Assembly: GCF_900168135.1 (NCBI RefSeq)
Contig: NZ_FUZD01000012.1
Location: 11,834 to 43,833, forward strand
Direction of reading: 5' to 3'
DNA from: Arthrobacter sp. 49Tsu3.1M3
GTDB taxonomy: Bacteria; Actinomycetota; Actinomycetes; Actinomycetales; Micrococcaceae
Length of the DNA stretch: 32,000 nt
Shown: positions 1-8,965 of the stretch, one piece after another
How positions within the stretch are numbered: the first letter of the stretch is position 1
Layout: each line of letters opens with the position of its first letter
Position numbers and translations under genes: made by a program
Notes under the pieces: generated by a model
The model's input: only the letters and a program-made list of their open reading frames with translations
Told to the model about the DNA's origin: nothing
Database searches by the model: none

Positions 1-10
1 AGGACTAGCC

Positions 11-781
11 ATGGACCGCATCGAACAGCTCATGAGGGATGCAAAACCTCGGGTGGGAGCGCCGGGAGCAGAGCCCGGAAGCGACTCTGCCCGCTCAATC
101 GTATTTTCCACGGATCCGAATGTCGTCCTTTTGGCAGGGCGCACTCCTGCACGACGCAAGGGCGTGCGGGCTGCGGCCGCGACTGTACTGGCCGCTGCAG
201 CCGTCGTTGGCGCGGTGGTTGTCGGCGGCAATCTGATGCCGCAACCAGCACCCGGGCCGGCCCAGACGGGCATCCCGGCCCCGACTGTCTCCGCCAGCCC
301 ATCGCCGTCATCCCCAACCCCGTCCACTGCCGCCCCGTCCCCCACAGCGAGTGCCGCAGCCGCAGCCTTGAGCACCGGCGGCGTCGCATGCACCATGGCG
401 AACGTCGACCAGCAGCGCAATGACCAGCAGCGGGCAATCCAACCGATTCCCGCCGCCGAGCAGGCCTACCACACGGTGCTGGGCTGTGCCGATGGCTGGC
501 TCGCGTACTCCACCTCCGATGAAGGGGTCCGGGCGCTCCAGCTCGACGGCGGCAATGCGTGGTATCACATTGCCAAATTGCAGAACGGGCGCTTCCTGTG
601 CGACTTCCGGCAGGAATGGTCCAGCGTCTTCACCTGGAAGTTCCAGGCTCTGAACAATGATGTCTCGCAAAACGGGCAGCAACTCACCCCGCAGCAGGCC
701 ATGGACAAAGAATTCGCGGACAAGGGGATTCCAGTCGAACTGAGGCCGCAGCTTGTCGGCGACGGCCCGGCCGCCGGATAG
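11..781 (+). CDS. hypothetical membrane-anchored protein (short N-terminal segment, one TM helix, Pro/Ala/Ser-rich linker, C-terminal globular domain)
   Basis: Full ORF with ATG at 11. It has a hydrophobic stretch AAATVLAAAAVVGAVVVGG, then a low-complexity PAPGPAQTGIPAPTVSASPSPSSPTPSTAAPSPTASAAAA linker and a C-terminal domain of normal composition. No recognisable catalytic motif. Confidence 0.6.
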   Translation: MDRIEQLMRDAKPRVGAPGAEPGSDSARSIVFSTDPNVVLLAGRTPARRKGVRAAAATVLAAAAVVGAVVVGGNLMPQPAPGPAQTGIPAPTVSASPSPSSPTPSTAAPSPTASAAAAALSTGGVACTMANVDQQRNDQQRAIQPIPAAEQAYHTVLGCADGWLAYSTSDEGVRALQLDGGNAWYHIAKLQNGRFLCDFRQEWSSVFTWKFQALNNDVSQNGQQLTPQQAMDKEFADKGIPVELRPQLVGDGPAAG

Positions 782-816
782 CGCCGGCAGCCTGCGGCGG
801 CTATAGGGTTGAACAC

Positions 817-1299
817 ATGAAGCTCACGCCAGTCACTCTCTGCTTCCCGCTCCGTGACGCGGAGACCGGCACCGAGGTGCTGCTGGGTATGAAAAGGACC
901 GGCTTTGGCATCGGGAAAATCGTGGGAATCGGCGGCCACGTGGAGCCGGGGGAGAGCGACGCCGAGGCCGTGGTCCGCGAGGTCTGGGAAGAAGCCGGCA
1001 TCATAGTGCTCCAAGAGGACCTGGCCCACGCCGGCATTGTCGAGTTCATCTTTCCGGCCCGGCCCGACTGGAACATGTCGTGCCGGCTCTTCACCACCCG
1101 GCGATGGCACGGCGAACCCGCCGAGAGCCCGGAAATCACGCCCGAGTGGTTCGACTCCGCGTCGTTGCCGCTCGAGCGGATGTGGCAGGATGCGGGGCAC
1201 TGGCTGCCCCCGGCGCTGGCAGGCGAAACGATCGACGTCGTCGTGGTCCTCAACGAGGACAACGAGACCGTCGCGTCGGTCCGGATCCCGCGGCGCTGA
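817..1299 (+). CDS. NUDIX (MutT-like) hydrolase
   Basis: Perfect Nudix box GX5EX7REUXEEXGU read in GGHVEPGESDAEAVVREVWEEAGI. At 160 aa the size is typical. Confidence 0.85.
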   Translation: MKLTPVTLCFPLRDAETGTEVLLGMKRTGFGIGKIVGIGGHVEPGESDAEAVVREVWEEAGIIVLQEDLAHAGIVEFIFPARPDWNMSCRLFTTRRWHGEPAESPEITPEWFDSASLPLERMWQDAGHWLPPALAGETIDVVVVLNEDNETVASVRIPRR

Positions 1300-1319
1300 A
1301 GTCCGCGGGCAAACAGCGC

Positions 1320-1351
1320 GGGCCAGCCACCTGTTGACAGGTGGCCGGCCC
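1320..1351. terminator. candidate bidirectional stem-loop terminator between convergent NUDIX and prpC genes
   Basis: Inverted repeat gGGCCAGCCACCTG-TTGA-CAGGTGGCCGGCCc, a 13-14 bp stem with one mismatch and a 4-nt loop, in the 93-bp convergent gap. No clear U-tract, which is common in actinobacteria. Confidence 0.5.
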
Positions 1352-1392
1352 GTGCCGGCTGTCCGGTCCCGTGCGTCCCGCAGGAAGCCCTG

Positions 1393-2532
1393 CTACGCCA
1401 GGTGCCGTTCCTCGACGCCGTTGTACTCGCTTAAGGGGCGGATCAGGGAGTTCGAATCCAGCTGCTCCATGATGTGCGCAGTCCAGCCGGTGATGCGGCT
1501 GGCGACGAACAGCGGGGTGAACGTGGCGGTGTCGAAGCCCATGAGGTGGTACGTGGGTCCGGTCGGGTAGTCGAGGTTCGGCTTGATCCCCTTGGCCTCG
1601 TCCATCGCCGTCTCGAGCCCGTTGTAGAGGCCCAGCAGCTCCGGCCGGCCATAGTGCGCGATCATCTTGTCCAGCGCCGACTTCATGGTGGGCACCCGGG
1701 AGTCGCCGTGCTTGTAGACGCGGTGGCCGAAGCCCATGACCTTCTTCTTGTGGGCCAGGGCGTCCTCCATCCAGGCCTTGGCCCGGACGTGGGCGTCCTC
1801 CAGGGACTCCTCCGGCCGGATGCCGATCTCGTCAAAGGTGTGCATGACGGCCTCGTTGGCACCGCCGTGCAGCGAGCCCTTGAGGGCCCCGATGGCGCCG
1901 GTCACGGCTGAATGCAGGTCCGAGAGCGTGGAGGTGATTACCCGGGCCGTGAAGGTCGAGGCATTGAAGGAGTGCTCGGCGTACAAAATCATGGAGACAT
2001 TGAACGCGTCGACTACTTCGGGGACGGCTTCCTCGCCAAACGTCATCCAGAGGAAGTTGGCGTCGTAGCCCAGATCCTCGCGGGGTTCCACCACGTCCTG
2101 GCCGTGCCGGCGCCGCTGGTCGTAGGCCACCACGGCCGGCATCGCGGCGAACAGATCAATGGCCTTGGCCAGGTTGGCTTCGCGCGAGGCGTCCTCGGCG
2201 AGCGGGTGCCGGGCCCCCAACACCGACGTGGCAGTCCGGCAGACATCCATGGGGTGCGCGGTGGTGGGCAGCGCGTCTATCACCTGTTTGACGACCGGAT
2301 CCAGGGCACGCCCGGCGCGTTCCCGGGCGGTGAACTCCGCCAGCTGCTCCGCGTCGGGCAGCTCGCCGTTCCAAAGCAGGTACGCGACTTCCTCGAAGCT
2401 GCACTTGGCGGCCAGTTCCTGCACAGGGTAGCCGCGGTACAGCAGTGAGTTCGTGTCCGGGTTGACCTTGGAGACCGCAGTGTAGTCCACCACGACGCCG
2501 GCGAGGCCCTTTTTAATGTCCTGTTCAGCCAT
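1393..2532 (-). CDS. prpC: 2-methylcitrate synthase (citrate synthase family)
   Basis: 379-aa citrate-synthase-family protein (…LLYRGYPVQELA…, GFGHRVYK motif). It is the last gene of the prpD-prpB-prpC cluster. AAAGGAG lies upstream of the ATG at 2532. Confidence 0.85.
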   Translation of the reverse strand: MAEQDIKKGLAGVVVDYTAVSKVNPDTNSLLYRGYPVQELAAKCSFEEVAYLLWNGELPDAEQLAEFTARERAGRALDPVVKQVIDALPTTAHPMDVCRTATSVLGARHPLAEDASREANLAKAIDLFAAMPAVVAYDQRRRHGQDVVEPREDLGYDANFLWMTFGEEAVPEVVDAFNVSMILYAEHSFNASTFTARVITSTLSDLHSAVTGAIGALKGSLHGGANEAVMHTFDEIGIRPEESLEDAHVRAKAWMEDALAHKKKVMGFGHRVYKHGDSRVPTMKSALDKMIAHYGRPELLGLYNGLETAMDEAKGIKPNLDYPTGPTYHLMGFDTATFTPLFVASRITGWTAHIMEQLDSNSLIRPLSEYNGVEERHLA

Positions 2533-2558
2533 GCTGAAACTCCTTTGTTCCTAACGCC

Positions 2559-2578
2559 TGTATACCGGCACGTGCCGG
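2559..2578. promoter_or_regulatory. TGTATAC half-site abutting a perfect 14-bp palindrome CCGGCACGTGCCGG in the prpB-prpC intercistronic gap
   Basis: Read directly: TGTATAC at 2559-2565 and CCGGCACGTGCCGG at 2565-2578. Confidence 0.3.
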
Positions 2579-2594
2579 AGGTTCTATGCGGGGC

Positions 2595-3497
2595 TTACTT
2601 ACCGGGGATCTGGAAATTAAAGACTCCGGTATCGAAACGGTTGTAAGCCTCGTAATCAACGAGATCGTACAAACGCGCACGGGTCAGCATGCTTCCAACC
2701 TGTGCCTCCTGGGTTCCGTCGGCCTTAATCGATTCCAGAGTACGCTCCGCAGCGCCCATGGCACTACGGAGCAGCGTCACCGGATAAATGACCATATTGA
2801 CCCCGACGCCGGCCAGCTCCTCCACGGTGAACAAGGCACTCTGGCCGAATTCGGTCATGTTGGCCAGGATCGGAACGTCGACGGCGTCGCGGATGGCCTG
2901 GAATTCGGCCAGATCCTTCATCGCCTCCGGGAAAATCGCGTCCGCGCCGGCCTCCACGAGCGCTTTGGCGCGCTCCTGGGCGGCCTCGAGCCCGTCCGTG
3001 GCGCGGATGTCGGTCCGGGCCATGATCAGGAAGTTCGGGTCGCGGCGGGCGTCGGCCGCGGCCCGGATCCGCTTGGTGGCGGTCTCCAGGTCCACGACGT
3101 TCTTCCCGTCGAGGTGGCCGCAGCGCTTGGGGTTGAACTGGTCCTCGATGTGGCAGCCGGCCAGGCCGGCGTTCTCGAGCTCCTGGACGGACCGGGCCAC
3201 GTTCATGGGCTCGCCGAAGCCGGTATCGGCGTCGACAATTGCCGGCAGGTCCGTCATCCGGGCGATCTGCCCGGCGCGGGTGGCCACCTCCGTGAGGGTG
3301 GTCAGCCCGATGTCCGGCAGGCCCAGGTCATTGGCGAGGACGGCGCCGGAAATGTACACCCCGGCGAAGCCCTTCTCCTCGATCAGCCGCGCCGAGAGCG
3401 GGTTGAACGCGCCGGGGAACTGGGCGATGGTGCCGGAGGCGAGGATTTCGCGGAACCGGATCCGCTTCTGCTCCGGTGTGACCTTCGAATACAACAT
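2595..3497 (-). CDS. prpB: methylisocitrate lyase
   Basis: 300-aa isocitrate lyase/PEP mutase family protein with a typical PrpB N-terminus (…FREILASGTIAQFPGAFNPLSARLIEEKGF…) and a KRCGH motif. Its start ATG overlaps the prpD stop (TAATG). Confidence 0.9.
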   Translation of the reverse strand: MLYSKVTPEQKRIRFREILASGTIAQFPGAFNPLSARLIEEKGFAGVYISGAVLANDLGLPDIGLTTLTEVATRAGQIARMTDLPAIVDADTGFGEPMNVARSVQELENAGLAGCHIEDQFNPKRCGHLDGKNVVDLETATKRIRAAADARRDPNFLIMARTDIRATDGLEAAQERAKALVEAGADAIFPEAMKDLAEFQAIRDAVDVPILANMTEFGQSALFTVEELAGVGVNMVIYPVTLLRSAMGAAERTLESIKADGTQEAQVGSMLTRARLYDLVDYEAYNRFDTGVFNFQIPGK

Positions 3498-5017
3498 TAG
3501 AAGAGTCCCTTCGGGGCGCCGGCGAGGTCGATCACGCCGTCGGCGGCCTGGATGTTCAGCTGGTCCAGCTCGCCGGCGGCGAGCTCGGGGAGCCGCGCGG
3601 CGGCGGCGAGGAAGCGCTCGATCTCCTCGTCGGCCACCAGGCCGGCGGCGAGGGTGCGGAACTTGTTGACGTACTGCTCCCGGGCGAACGGCCGGGCGCC
3701 CAGCGGGTGGGCATCGGCAACGGCGATGTCATCGGTGATGACCGTGCCGTCCTTGAGCGTGATTTCCACGGTGCCGCCGAAGGCCTTCTCGGCGATGTCC
3801 AGGGAGTGGTAGCGGCGGGTCCATTCCGGGTCCTCGACCGTGGTGACCTTGTGCCAGAGTTCCACGGTGTCCGGGCGGGCGGCGCGTTCCGGGGCGTAGG
3901 AGTCCACGTGGTGCCAGGTCCCGTCCTGCAGCGCGACCGTGAAAATGTACGGGATCGAGTGGTCCAGCGTCTCGCGGCTGGCCGTGGGATCGTACTTCTG
4001 CGGGTCGTTGGCGCCCGAGCCGATCACGTAGTGGGTGTGGTGGCTGGTCTTGATCAGCACGGACTCGACGTTGGCCGGGTCCGTGACCTCGGGATGTTCG
4101 CCGTTGAGCCTGCGCGCGAGGTCGATCCACGCCTGGGCCTGGTATTCGGCCGAGTGTTCCTTGGTGTAGGTGTCCATGATGGCCCGCTTGGCCTCGCCGG
4201 CCTCAGGCAGCGGCACGGTGTAGGAGGCGTCCGGGCCATCCAGCATCCAGGCGATCACGCCGTCTTCGCCCTCGTAGATCGGCACGGGGGAGGTCTGGCC
4301 GCGCATCGCACGGTCCGCGGATTCGACGGCCATCTTGCCGGCGAACGCGGGGGCGTGTGCCTTCCAGGTGGAGATTTCGCCCTTACGGGACTGCCGGGTG
4401 GCGGTGGTGGTGTGCAGCGCCTGGCCGACCGACTGGAAGATGGTCTCGACGTCGAGGCCCAGCAGGGTCCCGATGCCGGCGGCGGCGGACGGGCCGAGGT
4501 GGGCCACGTGGTCGATCTTGTGCTTGTGCAGGCAGATGGCCTTGACCAGGTTGACCTGGATCTCGTAGCCGGTGGCGATGCCGCGGACCAGGTCCCGGCC
4601 GCTGGAACCGACGTGCTGGGCGACGGCCAGGATCGGGGGGATGTTGTCACCCGGGTGCGAGTAGTCCGCGGCCAGGAAGGTGTCGTGGTAGTCGAGTTCA
4701 CGGACTGCGACGCCGTTGGCCCAGGCGGCCCATTCGGGGGAGACGCGTTCCTCGATGCCGAAGACCTTGGCGCCCTTGCCGCCGGTGCTGGGGCCGTGGG
4801 TGAGGGCCTGGGCCCGGGCCGCGACGATCGGGGCTCGGTTCAGCGAGGCGACCGCCACCGAGGCGTTGTCGATAATCCGGTTGATCACCATGTCGGTGAC
4901 CTCATCGGTGACTTCCGCCGGATCCGCGGCGACCTTGGCGATCTTGTAGGCAAGCTGGTCCTCGCGGCCCAGGTTTTCCTCGCTCTTGTATACGCGGACG
5001 TGGTGTTCCTTAACCAT
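3497..5017 (-). CDS. prpD: 2-methylcitrate dehydratase
   Basis: MmgE/PrpD-family sequence starting at [16 protein letters not shown] (506 aa). The ATG at 5017 was chosen over the 588-aa ORF because the upstream 82 codons are Pro/Arg/Ser-rich and lie inside the gntR gene in another frame. Confidence 0.9.
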   Translation of the reverse strand: MVKEHHVRVYKSEENLGREDQLAYKIAKVAADPAEVTDEVTDMVINRIIDNASVAVASLNRAPIVAARAQALTHGPSTGGKGAKVFGIEERVSPEWAAWANGVAVRELDYHDTFLAADYSHPGDNIPPILAVAQHVGSSGRDLVRGIATGYEIQVNLVKAICLHKHKIDHVAHLGPSAAAGIGTLLGLDVETIFQSVGQALHTTTATRQSRKGEISTWKAHAPAFAGKMAVESADRAMRGQTSPVPIYEGEDGVIAWMLDGPDASYTVPLPEAGEAKRAIMDTYTKEHSAEYQAQAWIDLARRLNGEHPEVTDPANVESVLIKTSHHTHYVIGSGANDPQKYDPTASRETLDHSIPYIFTVALQDGTWHHVDSYAPERAARPDTVELWHKVTTVEDPEWTRRYHSLDIAEKAFGGTVEITLKDGTVITDDIAVADAHPLGARPFAREQYVNKFRTLAAGLVADEEIERFLAAAARLPELAAGELDQLNIQAADGVIDLAGAPKGLF

Positions 5018-5669
5018 GGTGCTCCCTTTGCTGAGGTGTATGCGTGGCTTTGACGTGCGAAAGACTGCGGTGCAGGTGAAGCGTGGTGGCGGCCTCGGCC
5101 AGGTGCGGGTTGCCGGCGGCGATCGCCTCGGCGATGGCCGCGTGCTCGGCGGCCGCGGCAGTGAGCCGTGCGGCGTCGTCGGCGGCCAGGCGGCGGACGC
5201 GCACGAGGTGGACGCGCAGGCTGCGCATGGCCTGGACGAGGTACGCGTTGGAGATGGCGGCATCGATGGCCGCGTCCAGCCGTCCGACCAGTCCGTAGTA
5301 GTCGTGCAGGGCCGGATCCTGTCCGCCGATCAGTTCCGGGGCCCGGAGCAGTTCGCGCCGCAACGCATCGAAGGTTGCGGGGTCGCCGCGTTCGGCGGCC
5401 AGGGCGGCGGCCCGGCCCTCGAGGGTCTCGCGCAGTTCGAACAGTTCGTCGATGTCGTCCAGGGAAATGTCGGTGACGACGACGCCGCGCCCGCCCGCCG
5501 TCGTCGTCAGCCCTTCGGCCGTGAGCCGGCTCAGGGCCTCCCGCAGCGGGGTGCGGGAGATGCCGAGGCGCGCCGACTGTTCCACCTCCGCAAGCACGGT
5601 TCCGGGCAGGAGGCGCCATTCGATGATGTCGTCGCGCAGGGCCGCGTAGGCCTTGTCGCTGGCGCGCAT
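5010..5669 (-). CDS. GntR-family (FadR/FCD-like) transcriptional regulator, first cistron of the prp operon
   Basis: The N-terminal winged-helix signature (…[35 protein letters not shown]…) is followed by an all-helical C-terminal domain. The ATG at 5669 is preceded by AAGGAGG. Its 3' end overlaps the prpD start by 8 nt. Confidence 0.85.
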   Translation of the reverse strand: MRASDKAYAALRDDIIEWRLLPGTVLAEVEQSARLGISRTPLREALSRLTAEGLTTTAGGRGVVVTDISLDDIDELFELRETLEGRAAALAAERGDPATFDALRRELLRAPELIGGQDPALHDYYGLVGRLDAAIDAAISNAYLVQAMRSLRVHLVRVRRLAADDAARLTAAAAEHAAIAEAIAAGNPHLAEAATTLHLHRSLSHVKATHTPQQREHHG

Positions 5670-5713
5670 CCTGCCTCCTTCGGCGATGGCTTTGTCGGGA
5701 TGAAACATCATCA

Positions 5714-5723
5714 GTGTATACAC
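5714..5723. promoter_or_regulatory. candidate GntR-type operator 1 (perfect palindrome GTGTATACAC)
   Basis: Perfect 10-bp palindrome in the gntR/prpE divergent region, 45 nt upstream of the gntR ATG. It fits the GntR-family core GT-Nx-AC. Confidence 0.5.
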
Positions 5724-5731
5724 GCATCGGT

Positions 5732-5748
5732 CATTTGCCCAGCAAATG
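5732..5748. promoter_or_regulatory. inverted repeat CATTTGC-CCA-GCAAATG between the two operator candidates
   Basis: Perfect 7-bp arms with a 3-nt spacer, read directly. Confidence 0.35.
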
Positions 5749-5776
5749 CCACCTGAAGTGCATAAATGGCCGAGTT

Positions 5777-5786
5777 GTGTATACAT
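5777..5786. promoter_or_regulatory. candidate GntR-type operator 2 (GTGTATACAT; core TGTATACA palindromic)
   Basis: Matches operator 1 at 9 of 10 positions. The centres are 63 bp apart. It lies 71 nt upstream of the preferred prpE start. Confidence 0.5.
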
Positions 5787-5856
5787 GGCCCTTGTACCGC
5801 CGGTCCGCCCCGGCTTACCATGGCAGCATCACAACGTCGTGGACAGGATGTACGTC

Positions 5857-7767
5857 ATGGTCACCAAGAGCTACCAGGCCGCCTACGAACGGAGCCTGGA
5901 ACATCCCGCAGAGTTCTGGCTGGAGGCCGCGGAAGGGATCTCGTGGCAGACGCCACCGCGGCAGGCCCTCGATGCGGGCCGGGCGCCCCTCTATGACTGG
6001 TTTCCGGACGGGGTCCTGAACACGTCGTACAACGCCCTCGACCGGCACGTCGCGCAAGGCAGGAGTGAGCAGGACGCCCTGGTCTACGACTCCGCGATGT
6101 TGGGCATCCGGCAGAGCTATACCTACGCGGAACTGACGGACCTCGTGGCCCGGTTCGCCGGTGTCCTGCGCCGCAGCGGCGTCGGCAAGGGCGACCGTGT
6201 GGTGATTTACATGCCGATGATCCCCGAGGCTGCGATTGCGATGCTGGCCACCGCACGGCTCGGCGCCGTGCACTCGGTCGTCTTCGGCGGGTTTGCGCCC
6301 AAGGAACTTGCCGCCCGCATCCGCGACGCAGCCCCCGCGGCGGTGGTGACGGCGTCCGGCGGCATCGAGCCGTCGCGCCGGATTGAGTACCTGCCCGCCG
6401 TCGACGAGGCCCTCAGCATCGCCGGCGCCGCCGAAACCCCGGTGCTGGTCAAGGCCAGGGACGGCTTCGCCTCGACGGTGGCCTCCATGGCGGCCGAGCA
6501 CCCCGGATGGCTCGACTGGGACACCCAGATGGCCTCCGCCGAGGCGGCCGCGCCGGTGGACGTCAAGGCGACGGACCCGCTGTACATCCTCTACACCTCG
6601 GGCACCACCGGCTCGCCCAAGGGCGTGGTGCGGGACAACGGCGGCCACGCCGTGGCCCTGAAATGGACCATGGAAAACCTCTACGACGTCGGTCCCGGCG
6701 ACGTCATGTGGACCGCCTCGGATGTCGGCTGGGTTGTGGGCCACTCCTACATCGTCTACGGGCCGCTGCTGGCCGGCGCCACCACGGTGCTCTACGAAGG
6801 CAAGCCGGTGGGGACGCCCGACGCCGGCGCGTTCTGGCGGGTCATCCAGGACCACAAAGTCAACGTGCTGTTCACCGCGCCCACCGCGCTGCGGGCCATC
6901 CGCAAGGCCGACCCAGAGGGCCGGTTCCTGGACAAGTACGACATTGCCAGCCTGCGGACCCTGTTCGCGGCCGGCGAGCGGCTGGACACCGATACCTTCC
7001 ACTGGGCCTCCCGGGTGCTCGGTGTTCCGGTGGTCGACCACTGGTGGCAGACGGAGACGGGCTGGGCCATCTGCGCCAACCCCCGCGGCTTCGGCGGGCT
7101 GCCGATCAAGGCCGGCTCGCCGAGCGTCCCGATGCCCGGCTTCCGGCTCAACGTCGTCGACGGCGCGGGCGGGGACGTCGAGGCTGGCACGGAAGGCAAC
7201 ATCGTCCTGGGCCTGCCGCTGCCGCCGGGCACCCTGACCACGCTCTGGCGCAACGACGACCGCTACATTTCCTCCTACCTGCAGGCGTTTGAGGGCTACT
7301 ACGCCACCGGCGACTCGGGCTACCGGGACGAGGACGGCTACGTCTTCGTCATGGGCCGCACGGATGACATCATCAACGTCGCCGGACACCGGCTCTCCAC
7401 CGGCGCGATGGAACAGGTGATCGGCCAGCACCCGGCAGTTGCCGAATGCGCCGTGATCGGCCTCGCCGACGCGCTCAAGGGCCAGCGGCCCAGCGGCTAC
7501 GTGGTCCTCAAATCCGGGGTGGACGTGCCGGAGGACGTCCTGGTCAAGGACCTGATCGCCCTGGTCCGGCGCGACATCGGGGCCGTGGCGGACTTCAAGC
7601 ACGTCACCGTGGTGGACGCCCTGCCGAAGACCCGTTCGGGAAAGATCCTGCGCAAGACCATGCGCCAGATCGCCGACGGCGAGACCTACGTGGTGCCCTC
7701 CACGATCGAGGACGCCGGCGTGATCGACGCGCTGCTCGAAACCCTGCGCCCCTCCGCTACGGAGTGA
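5857..7767 (+). CDS. prpE: propionate--CoA ligase (acyl/acetyl-CoA synthetase family)
   Basis: AMP-forming acyl-CoA synthetase motifs: YTSGTTGSPKG, YATGD, and a PKTRSGKILR C-terminal motif. The N-terminus SYQAAYERSLEHPAEFW is PrpE/Acs-like. It is divergent from the prp operon. The start is uncertain (ATG at 5857 or 5848); the 5746 start of the track ORF is unlikely. Confidence 0.85.
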   Translation: MVTKSYQAAYERSLEHPAEFWLEAAEGISWQTPPRQALDAGRAPLYDWFPDGVLNTSYNALDRHVAQGRSEQDALVYDSAMLGIRQSYTYAELTDLVARFAGVLRRSGVGKGDRVVIYMPMIPEAAIAMLATARLGAVHSVVFGGFAPKELAARIRDAAPAAVVTASGGIEPSRRIEYLPAVDEALSIAGAAETPVLVKARDGFASTVASMAAEHPGWLDWDTQMASAEAAAPVDVKATDPLYILYTSGTTGSPKGVVRDNGGHAVALKWTMENLYDVGPGDVMWTASDVGWVVGHSYIVYGPLLAGATTVLYEGKPVGTPDAGAFWRVIQDHKVNVLFTAPTALRAIRKADPEGRFLDKYDIASLRTLFAAGERLDTDTFHWASRVLGVPVVDHWWQTETGWAICANPRGFGGLPIKAGSPSVPMPGFRLNVVDGAGGDVEAGTEGNIVLGLPLPPGTLTTLWRNDDRYISSYLQAFEGYYATGDSGYRDEDGYVFVMGRTDDIINVAGHRLSTGAMEQVIGQHPAVAECAVIGLADALKGQRPSGYVVLKSGVDVPEDVLVKDLIALVRRDIGAVADFKHVTVVDALPKTRSGKILRKTMRQIADGETYVVPSTIEDAGVIDALLETLRPSATE

Positions 7768-7785
7768 CCGGGGCGGCCTTGGGCC

Positions 7786-8727
7786 CTAGTGATAGTCGCC
7801 GGCCCGCTCGCGGGCGATTTCCAGCAGGGTGGAGTGGAAGGCCACCTCGGCCGGGGCGTAAACCTTGTCCTCCCGCTGCGCCAGCAGAATCCTCCGCAGC
7901 GGGGCGGCGGAACCCAGGCTCAGCACCTTCACGTCGGGATGCTGAAGCGCCACGGCGGTCTTGGGAACCATGGCCACGCCCATTCCCACGCTGACCATGG
8001 CCTGGGCCTCCTGGTAGTCGTTGGCCAGGAAGGCAATCTCCGGTTCGAAGCCGGCGTCGTGAGCGGAACGCTGCAGCACCTCCACGACGGGGTGGGCCTC
8101 GGCGCGCACGATCCAGGACTCGTTGCGCAGGTCCTCCATACTTACCTGCTCCCGCCCAGCGAGTGGGTGGCTGCGGGCCACCAGGATAACGGTGCTCTCC
8201 CGGAACACCTCGGTTACGCGGATGGAATCGTCCCGGAACGGATTCCAGGGGTAATCCCACAGCAGGCACAGACCCGTGACCCCGGACTGCAGATCTGCGA
8301 CGAGTTCATCGAAGCGGGCGCTGCGCAACGAGAGGTTGATGGCCGGGTAGCGCTTTTTGAAGGTCCGGATGACGATGGGCAGGAAGGATCCGGCCAGGGT
8401 TGGGAATGTACCCACGCTCAGGGACCCGCGTCTGAGGCCGGCAATCTGGCCCAGGTCGGACCGGGCTGCCTGCATCTGCCAGACGATCTTGCGGGCGTGG
8501 CCGGCCAGAACCTGGCCCGCCTCGGTGGGCACCACCCCGCGGGAGCGACGGGTGAGCAGAGGCTGCCCCACCTCCTGTTCGAGCTTGCGCAGCTGCTGGG
8601 AGACGGCCGAGGGCGTATACATCATCAACTCGGCCGCCGCGGTGATGGACCCCTGCTCTACCACTTCCAGCAGAAGCGCCAGCCGCCTTATGTCGAACAG
8701 ATCCTGGCCTTCGTCGTTAAGCAACAC
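7786..8727 (-). CDS. LysR-family transcriptional regulator
   Basis: LysR HTH read in DIRRLALLLEVVEQGSITAAAELMMYTPSAVSQQLRKLEQEVGQPLLTRRSRGVVPTEAG, plus a substrate-binding domain. A GTG start at 8727 is preferred because the upstream codons have low third-position GC, but the ATG at 8838 cannot be excluded. Confidence 0.8.
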   Translation of the reverse strand: MLLNDEGQDLFDIRRLALLLEVVEQGSITAAAELMMYTPSAVSQQLRKLEQEVGQPLLTRRSRGVVPTEAGQVLAGHARKIVWQMQAARSDLGQIAGLRRGSLSVGTFPTLAGSFLPIVIRTFKKRYPAINLSLRSARFDELVADLQSGVTGLCLLWDYPWNPFRDDSIRVTEVFRESTVILVARSHPLAGREQVSMEDLRNESWIVRAEAHPVVEVLQRSAHDAGFEPEIAFLANDYQEAQAMVSVGMGVAMVPKTAVALQHPDVKVLSLGSAAPLRRILLAQREDKVYAPAEVAFHSTLLEIARERAGDYH

Positions 8728-8868
8728 TTCACCCTTCTTCGCCTTTGGTTCATTCCCTGCCGGGACGGGGCCTCCATTGGGAACTTCGCGCCCTATTCCT
8801 GGCAACGGACGCTGAGGAGCTGCGGTACAACCCCCCATCGCTCTATGAGTTAAGCAATTCTACATCCC

Positions 8869-8923
8869 CCTGAAAAAATCCAACATTGTCTAAAATTGTG
8901 ATCTGGCTCAATCTCTTTTCAGG
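8869..8923. promoter_or_regulatory. distal inverted repeat CCTGAAAA ... TTTTCAGG in an AT-rich LysR/PrpF-family divergent region
   Basis: CCTGAAAA at 8869-8876 and TTTTCAGG at 8916-8923. ATTGT direct repeats lie between them (acATTGTctaaaATTGTga). The region is conspicuously AT-rich for this genome. Confidence 0.3.
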
Positions 8924-8965
8924 TCCTCATTCACGTCTGAGGCACGAGGAGAAGCGGGAATCACC

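Noticed and set aside
3497-5263. N-terminal extensions of track ORFs: prpD to 5263, hypC to 20411, protease to 21417, Cys-cluster protein to 24274, 213-aa protein to 23253, gntR to 5786, dctA from 14328, binding protein to 18976
   Set aside because: The extensions overlap upstream genes in other frames and have aberrant composition. Internal starts with good Shine-Dalgarno sequences give proteins that begin at the conserved family N-termini (for example MCLGIPG for HypC).
5815-7602. 595-aa ORF antisense to prpE, and similar long antisense or wrong-frame ORFs (3707-5053, 11771-13315, 12604-13917, 14475-15833, 16852-17895, 21626-22945, 25590-26759, 26548-27585)
   Set aside because: Each is fully nested opposite a gene with clear family motifs. 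Their translations are dominated by Arg/Gly/Pro/Asp/His runs with no motifs. Open antisense frames are expected in GC-rich DNA because stop codons are rare.
8614-8622. Additional GTATACAT match to the prp operator motif inside the LysR gene
   Set aside because: It is simply the codons ATG TAT ACG (MYT) of the LysR helix-turn-helix, with no palindromic extension. It shows that 8-mers of this type can occur by chance, so only the two 10-bp intergenic palindromes are proposed as operators.
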